Origin: Prorocentrum cordatum
Lineage: Eukaryota
Assembly (NCBI GenBank): GCA_963575745.1
Contig: CAUYUJ010000114.1
Coordinates: forward strand, 186,001 to 250,000
Length of the DNA stretch: 64,000 nt
Reading direction: 5' to 3'
Shown here piece after piece: positions 60,601 to 64,000 of the stretch. The notes beneath the pieces are model-generated. The model saw nothing but the letters and a program-made list of their open reading frames with translations. It was not told the DNA's origin and ran no database searches. The translations under genes and the position numbers were made by a program. The first letter of the stretch is position 1. Each line of letters begins with the position of its first letter.

Positions 60601-63600
60601 CAACTCATTGGTCTTCGCACGATCAACGTTTGATGCTGAAACGTGATCGTATAGACTCTGGATGTGTACTTGACGATGGTGCCACGCGATCAGCAACATG
60701 TGGGACAAACTATGAGATTGTGGCTCATTAAGCGGCTTCACTGCGGGCTGTTTGAAAGCGTAGAACTGACTTGGCTTAGAGTTCATTACGCCGTAAAGGT
60801 TCTTGAGTGTTGCAAAGGTGACCCATTGCGCAGCGAAGCGAGCCCAATTCGCACCTGTCTTCTGGCAGTGCCATCCATCATCCTTGGTGCGATCCATAGC
60901 TTGTGTCCATGCCGAGTTGTTGATCACGGAAATACCACGTGTCTGCATAAGGATGCACATATCTTTCGAGATGGTGTCGAAGTGGTGAGGTAAGCCCCAA
61001 TCTTTGGCCGTGCCAGGGCCAATGACGTGAGGATGTTTATACCAGTTCGCAACGTCGCAAAATCTATCAAGGCCGATAGTGATATGCGGCATCATCTCGA
61101 GCAGGCATCCTTCTTGTGCTTCCCACTTGCGTTGGTACGCACGGTGGTCCCGTCTCTCCCAACCCAGGTCCACTCTTTGGGCATCGACGCTTTTCTGATT
61201 GTAGTCTGGGAACGTGATGTCATTGTTGTTCCACCAGAAAGTGGCAGTGGCACCACGCTCATACCACAATTGTTTGTAATGAGCATCAAGGTCGGCCCAA
61301 GTGTCCCATAGGGCTTCATCCATGTCGAAGTAGCGTTTTCTTTGAGCGGTGTCCATATTCTGGGCGCGCATCTCTCTGAGCGTGGCGATTCTTTCGAGGA
61401 TATCACGATGGAGACTCCAGAGTGAAGAATCAATACCATCAATGGTGGTGCCTTTTTCAGCGTTGGTGATGATGATTCGTTTCCTCTCCGATGCGCGCTG
61501 GTCCAGGCGCTGAAGCTCTGGGACAAGGCTCAGGTCTTTGTAGTCTTCATCGGACGAACCCTCGGGGCGCTGAGGAAGATCCGTGCCTGGCTGCACGACG
61601 TGATCATCCCAGAATCCTGGAATGTAGGAGTAGAACCAGTCCAGGATACAGTCCCGAGCCGCGGAAGCTAGAGTAGCGAGAGTGGCTCCTCCCATGTACT
61701 CTTGATGCACTGGGGTTGGGACGAGTAGCGTTGAGAAGGGTTGTCCAACTTGGCGAATACAATCATAACTGCACAGCATGTTGATGGCCTCTTCAGGCGT
61801 ATGGTAATTCTTGCTGGCTTTTCCCATCATAGGTCCCGAGTCGGTGAAGATGTAGAAGAATGGGGTGGCAGTGCCTGTAGGTCCAAGGGCATGGTTAATG
61901 GATAATCCAAGATCCTCTGTGGCGATCTGCATCCAGCCATTCTCATCCGCGAAGCATTTGAGCACGGAAGCGTTGGTCCACGTGTGATGCTTAGCGTGAT
62001 CGAAGTCAATGAAATCGTTAGTACTGTCACCGCGGGATGTAGAGTCGACACAAACCAACAAAGGGTCGGAAGCCAACAAAGGAAAAATCTGTTGGTTGTG
62101 TGATGGGCATCCGAAGATGTTTCGCCTTTGGTGTCCCGGGGCCCAACCACTAGTACGAACGGGACTCTCGTTCGCCTCAAGATCCTCACGCCAGGGGTCA
62201 TCACCGCTGCGGTTTCCCGCTGCGTACCGATGGCTACCTGTGTCGGTGAGGCTAGCGATGGCAATGGGGCGAGACAAGTGGCCCCCAGATCCGCACGGCG
62301 GGTCCAAACGACAACTGCCCCCTCCTATGTACTGGACATGGTGTTTAGGCGAAGCCGTTCTCATGTCACTGTTGAGGTCTCGAGCGGGGATGTCGATGAA
62401 CGAGTTGTAGCTGTTTTCCACGAACGAGCCAACCGAACCTGCGCAGTCGCTCTTGTGTGGAAGAGCTTTTCCGTGTGTCAATCCAGAAGAGGGCCGCTGG
62501 ACACCAAAATTATGTCCGTGGTTGGGCGTGTCAAGGCTGTCTAGACCTAATGGGCGATGCTCCTTTTTGTACATGTTATATGTGTCGTCAAGAGAAGAGC
62601 TCACCCATCCACCAATGGCGGTGGATCCAACTGTAGGCCATGCACCTTGGAGTCCTTTCCACAAGGACGTGGCGGCGTGTGAGAGGCACTCAAGAGATGG
62701 CATCAACGGTGGCTCGCTGCGGTCTCCCGCTGCTATGCTGCGGTCTCCCGCTGCACGGCCGAGAGCCTCGGTGCGAAGCCAGTTGAAGTGTTGAACGATG
62801 CTCTCCAATTGGTCACTCATATCCTGGTCGAGGCAAGCCTTGGCTACATACGAATGCAGAACAGCAAAGAATGAAACCCAAGGGAGTGTCGTCTCCTGCA
62901 ACAAATTTTGCATCGAAATCTCAACATCCATCTCGACGGCGTTACGAAGGTCTTTGCGTGAGCATTCAAAGAAGCAAACGCCAGAGCCCTCTGGTGCCTG
63001 AGTAAAAGCTATCGGGAACTTATTAGGGCCTGCCCACGGTAGCTGAGTATCGAACGCAGCTCCAACAGTGGGTCGAATGATTGGTCCGTCTGGAGGAAGA
63101 GTGCAGGCTGGGCGCTGGATCATCGGAAAGGCACGATTGAAACGTAGTGTCCCTACCGTGATGTCAACCATGTCAACGTCCTGGTCATCGCCGCCCTCTA
63201 GCGGGGGTTGCCCTCCGCGTGGAGCGATAGGGTTACCCCCTGAGCTCGATGCGGTGCCCCGCTGCATGCTGCTGGGGGGGGAACGAGACCGATCCTGCAA
63301 CTGTGTGTTTGAGCCGCCTACCGCGCCGGGGCCGGGCGGGGCGGCCGGAGTTTCCTCCGCTTGGGAAGAAACGCTGCGGTTATGCATAACATCTCGTATG
63401 ACAAGAGTGCGTAATGGTGAAGAAGAGGATGGATCAGGGGAAAACGATGTCGAAAAACGGTGACCTGTATCAACCTTACGCCTAGGTCGGGTCGGGCTCT
63501 TAGCCCGGGTCGGTCCCGGGTCTATCTTGGCCCGGGTCGGACTCTTCTGAGGAGACTTGCGGCGTTGTCGCGGGGACTTGGTCCGTGCCGAACGCGAAGC

Positions 63601-63999
63601 GTTGGACCCGGCTGTGATGCTGTGATGATGTCCACATGAGTGTAAACCCTCGTGATTAGGGCAACTAACACATCTCTTACCACATGCTGATCCAACGTCG
63701 CCCCAGGGGTCCTTGGAAGTGAGAGCAACTTCACAGAAGCCCGAACATCCTGGAGGTTTTGGGGGGTCGGCGGAGCGCGGTAGACCGTTGGGTGTAGTCC
63801 CCTCGTCCTCCGTCATAATATGTTGACGCATGCCCTTATTCAATGATGGCGAAGGACGAATGAGCGCAAGCTCGAGAAGTGTTTCCCAAACATTACTCTT
63901 TTTGGAGTCGAAATGTTTTGTCATCATGTCCGCAACTTGTTCCTTAGTACCTACGTGTGACAAATGTATTTGTTCATGTTGACAGACTTCCACGATCCA
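54613..63999 (-). CDS. pol: Copia Pol polyprotein, 5'-truncated by the window: RNase H end plus ~3,080-aa in-frame extension (Cys/His cluster, SGNH-like, Tpt1/KptA-like, Pro-rich, Zn ribbon)
   Basis: Uninterrupted 3126-aa ORF, open to the window edge; begins with the copia RNase H motif TxxQxADxxTK. Confidence 0.85.
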   Translation of the reverse strand, partial: WIVEVCQHEQIHLSHVGTKEQVADMMTKHFDSKKSNVWETLLELALIRPSPSLNKGMRQHIMTEDEGTTPNGLPRSADPPKPPGCSGFCEVALTSKDPWGDVGSACGKRCVSCPNHEGLHSCGHHHSITAGSNASRSARTKSPRQRRKSPQKSPTRAKIDPGPTRAKSPTRPRRKVDTGHRFSTSFSPDPSSSSPLRTLVIRDVMHNRSVSSQAEETPAAPPGPGAVGGSNTQLQDRSRSPPSSMQRGTASSSGGNPIAPRGGQPPLEGGDDQDVDMVDITVGTLRFNRAFPMIQRPACTLPPDGPIIRPTVGAAFDTQLPWAGPNKFPIAFTQAPEGSGVCFFECSRKDLRNAVEMDVEISMQNLLQETTLPWVSFFAVLHSYVAKACLDQDMSDQLESIVQHFNWLRTEALGRAAGDRSIAAGDRSEPPLMPSLECLSHAATSLWKGLQGAWPTVGSTAIGGWVSSSLDDTYNMYKKEHRPLGLDSLDTPNHGHNFGVQRPSSGLTHGKALPHKSDCAGSVGSFVENSYNSFIDIPARDLNSDMRTASPKHHVQYIGGGSCRLDPPCGSGGHLSRPIAIASLTDTGSHRYAAGNRSGDDPWREDLEANESPVRTSGWAPGHQRRNIFGCPSHNQQIFPLLASDPLLVCVDSTSRGDSTNDFIDFDHAKHHTWTNASVLKCFADENGWMQIATEDLGLSINHALGPTGTATPFFYIFTDSGPMMGKASKNYHTPEEAINMLCSYDCIRQVGQPFSTLLVPTPVHQEYMGGATLATLASAARDCILDWFYSYIPGFWDDHVVQPGTDLPQRPEGSSDEDYKDLSLVPELQRLDQRASERKRIIITNAEKGTTIDGIDSSLWSLHRDILERIATLREMRAQNMDTAQRKRYFDMDEALWDTWADLDAHYKQLWYERGATATFWWNNNDITFPDYNQKSVDAQRVDLGWERRDHRAYQRKWEAQEGCLLEMMPHITIGLDRFCDVANWYKHPHVIGPGTAKDWGLPHHFDTISKDMCILMQTRGISVINNSAWTQAMDRTKDDGWHCQKTGANWARFAAQWVTFATLKNLYGVMNSKPSQFYAFKQPAVKPLNEPQSHSLSHMLLIAWHHRQVHIQSLYDHVSASNVDRAKTNELMCMRAAHNLCNWTKQRDTAAVQRETVATAAAPPTVAPEIAKMITAHLKRSGMKNEDETSTRATTAFASNAESIQQREDLGMRAVLNQEGDITFLPVTEDTTADPTYALVMTQDDYVMADHVSQMSKLYRGLLQDTRNKSLGPDRNSWITGYMECTSETSWRERHARLCAAIYAGLYLLDPDLMKNGKGDARHLRLAEEMALNPEAQQWMDNHPMTTAESEDDDTVLQRETVAEETSSKYEVLTPQRACYFSGVKKRTDDMDRWKTPRELALIDPDHPNAIVIFDVDPLLRRTIPDNVPENDPRRLTNEQDIHVLKYADDLVGSRWFEGAYEWIALPPWRDCPYGPPLPDGCDFGRWEFSKFLMTILRHTSGVTNAYHDRRLNIDFSKTSTFRECAMNCWQRSQQEYYHKKKEKWEYRKTPTNEAVLACWETERDNGDYIDLADYYCYMAIRMLQYHADGKSRTEVFAPVGSDLNPLTFPFGRILAIRSTGGQSEVHPYSTAHNMGWEELSVHDTPYLWHATELSSVRSITEGSPRSNPGIIKGFDKRDHKHGATRAEVFASAHPFSHSCGQNPYTTIPPYVFHSAKKQCEFQIDHQKCATAGITWWKGKQGAIMAERDIPVHCLIRCRNIATGKIIWGRPDDDDLARPPRDSEPRSKYERSTVSWPWQVYGHGNNPWGDAQRATAAAPPTPPKPSAPTLHKPRPLARGNDVPKKPPPPPPPPPTPLQPGQPGQRAPKTPQRKAPPPEGVGRPPPGELPPPIAPNVYPGQVVGDNRVPPPPPRHAPPPVGAVPGQGIAKASPPVPPLPPGPPPAHTPIASAPPHVQREIAAEQRETAAPRDTAVEEVSEGVEGLTLDPHNAAAAAAQKATEREAALAKSEAALLRTQSRLADAINALTAARKAVGLVNIRPVAPPIRAHRDESGDTSAPDVSIPTVMQRETAASQLTTDQERERNRQIHERYDQWFLQAATEGRVSHITSAWPPMGPHETYRIGDYVQTRQACYFYSHPPSKHSDGSWVGERVSPHEGEPMGSLFGPIREVGQFMGYVTVKIGDHWMNVWDGTKGMLAGNTLARVVPCPDFDANSLPDDLRFGPPVNFPPRHAIMTPTSDVRAVGDLRAPLRQRHTDASSAAGHRSAPSQQPPEVEEVADIDAREAEPGELLKLIRSPQSLDVPTDDVPPAQSSPTVVPEPTPMAVDPPSPTITPHSPDYPPPAAEDHPLAADDHSSPTEMPVPTQDQSSPTEIPVPTDFPEESYDDGAAGNRSNGDTVPHVPEHADDDFLKKDDWSPELNDIRNEIETMEDNAEKTLTYGPDQSDLPDYFKAVKKVHIVRRSGHHGVVNTKVKQTMEYTVVLNMDDIANTTMTFEFNCDAPWCHRFPDQCGHRAFTKYLFQCIGTFRYRTLAYGRRSWCAMAYLNLYQQAGDKFALIDIENAEVVQNHPGLAALRMGTETYVEDEFVNEAPHDGKISTLATKQGETLASQDNVEATKTVIESVVGSQLSQRTLATQVLQDAYQAVAASASAESQGAAGNRSDLDKILDEDDEKIFAPLEPDHLDRARQIVSAPGGSVSQENFATLLAGVVQFDESTGLAPPELQTRIPSCAICNARMPADLDTPGATLKCAFCMRYENSKWPDEVAAWREQFVAFAATQPDDVAQRITAAPIDTRGSKKPQTDAKDELQNMGKKADKRHQKWLAWNSPSREECDKLRADADADGIPPENPNYPPMYHPYMSLAQRFAEDDEFREQMTTVRTQAGRVAWTLEVATEADRLWQASKKRKEVGAPNLGAETLRERFQRNHLTVHVPGESLRGAITAAEIRAHPQSLTGSRDEIRSGVKREREEYYSQLQETASAAGNRSGNAPGSSSGGDFRGSGTDPTPQPPPHTSEYRTSSGAFDSHGHTASAARYAPARPDDGPPLAKRPAISNVTHGYSAEYGAHYYDRQIAPYDRQWYDHWGEFIWIKAWDPFVNNGWGATAWNKKYISGKYTGRSWRWDPPR
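58690..59540 (-). other. kptA: Tpt1/KptA RNA 2'-phosphotransferase-like domain within the Pol extension
   Basis: In order: FSKFLMTILRH (SKxLSxxLRH), DGKSR (DxKxR), AIRSTGGQS (IRAxQGHS), YLWHAT (LYHGT), GIIKG...RAEVFAS (GLxxxxRxxVHxS) and FQID....GITWWKGKQGAIMAERDIP (IDxxxxxxxGIxFxxSxNGVxLxxxIP). Confidence 0.8.
60800..61870 (-). other. SGNH/GDSL hydrolase-like domain within the Pol extension
   Basis: Four blocks in canonical order: FYIFTDS (block I Ser), MGGATL (II Gly), WWNNNDI (III Asn) and DDGWH (V Asp-x-x-His). Confidence 0.6.
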
Positions 64000-64000
64000 A

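Larger units (their letters stand above)
53681..64000 (-). mobile_element. Ty1/copia LTR retrotransposon, 3' part (gag, INT and RT lie beyond the window edge)
   Basis: RNase H C-terminus WIVE..QIHLSHVGTKEQVADMMTK at the window edge, long open frame, AT-richer 3' UTR, PPT-like tract and candidate LTR. Confidence 0.85.

Overview
This is eukaryotic, GC-rich, repeat-dominated genomic DNA, very probably from a dinoflagellate. The evidence is relict spliced-leader (DinoSL) sequences, GC/GA intron donors and near-total minus-strand gene orientation; a Prorocentrum-like source is an inference. No rRNA, tRNA or CRISPR-Cas was seen. Main contents: (1) The 3' half of a Ty1/copia LTR retrotransposon (53681 to the window end, minus strand). 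Its pol frame does not stop after RNase H but continues about 3,080 aa. That extension carries a Cys/His cluster, an SGNH/GDSL-hydrolase-like domain, an apparently intact Tpt1/KptA RNA 2'-phosphotransferase (ADP-ribosyltransferase fold) domain, a zinc ribbon, and 15 copies of a covarying hairpin motif. (2) A 15.6-kb TIR DNA transposon (15362-31009) inserted at a TA in a satellite. It carries a decayed CACTA/CMC-type transposase plus three cargo genes, one of them ParB-like with a possible SET-like tail; the transposase and two cargo genes are preceded by DinoSL relicts. (3) Short exons of DUF4116-repeat genes, two decayed copia fragments, two MITEs with 8-bp TSDs, a Cys-motif gene wedged between (CTA)n tracts, and many micro- and minisatellites. 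All domain calls come from motif recognition by eye and need HMM or structure confirmation.
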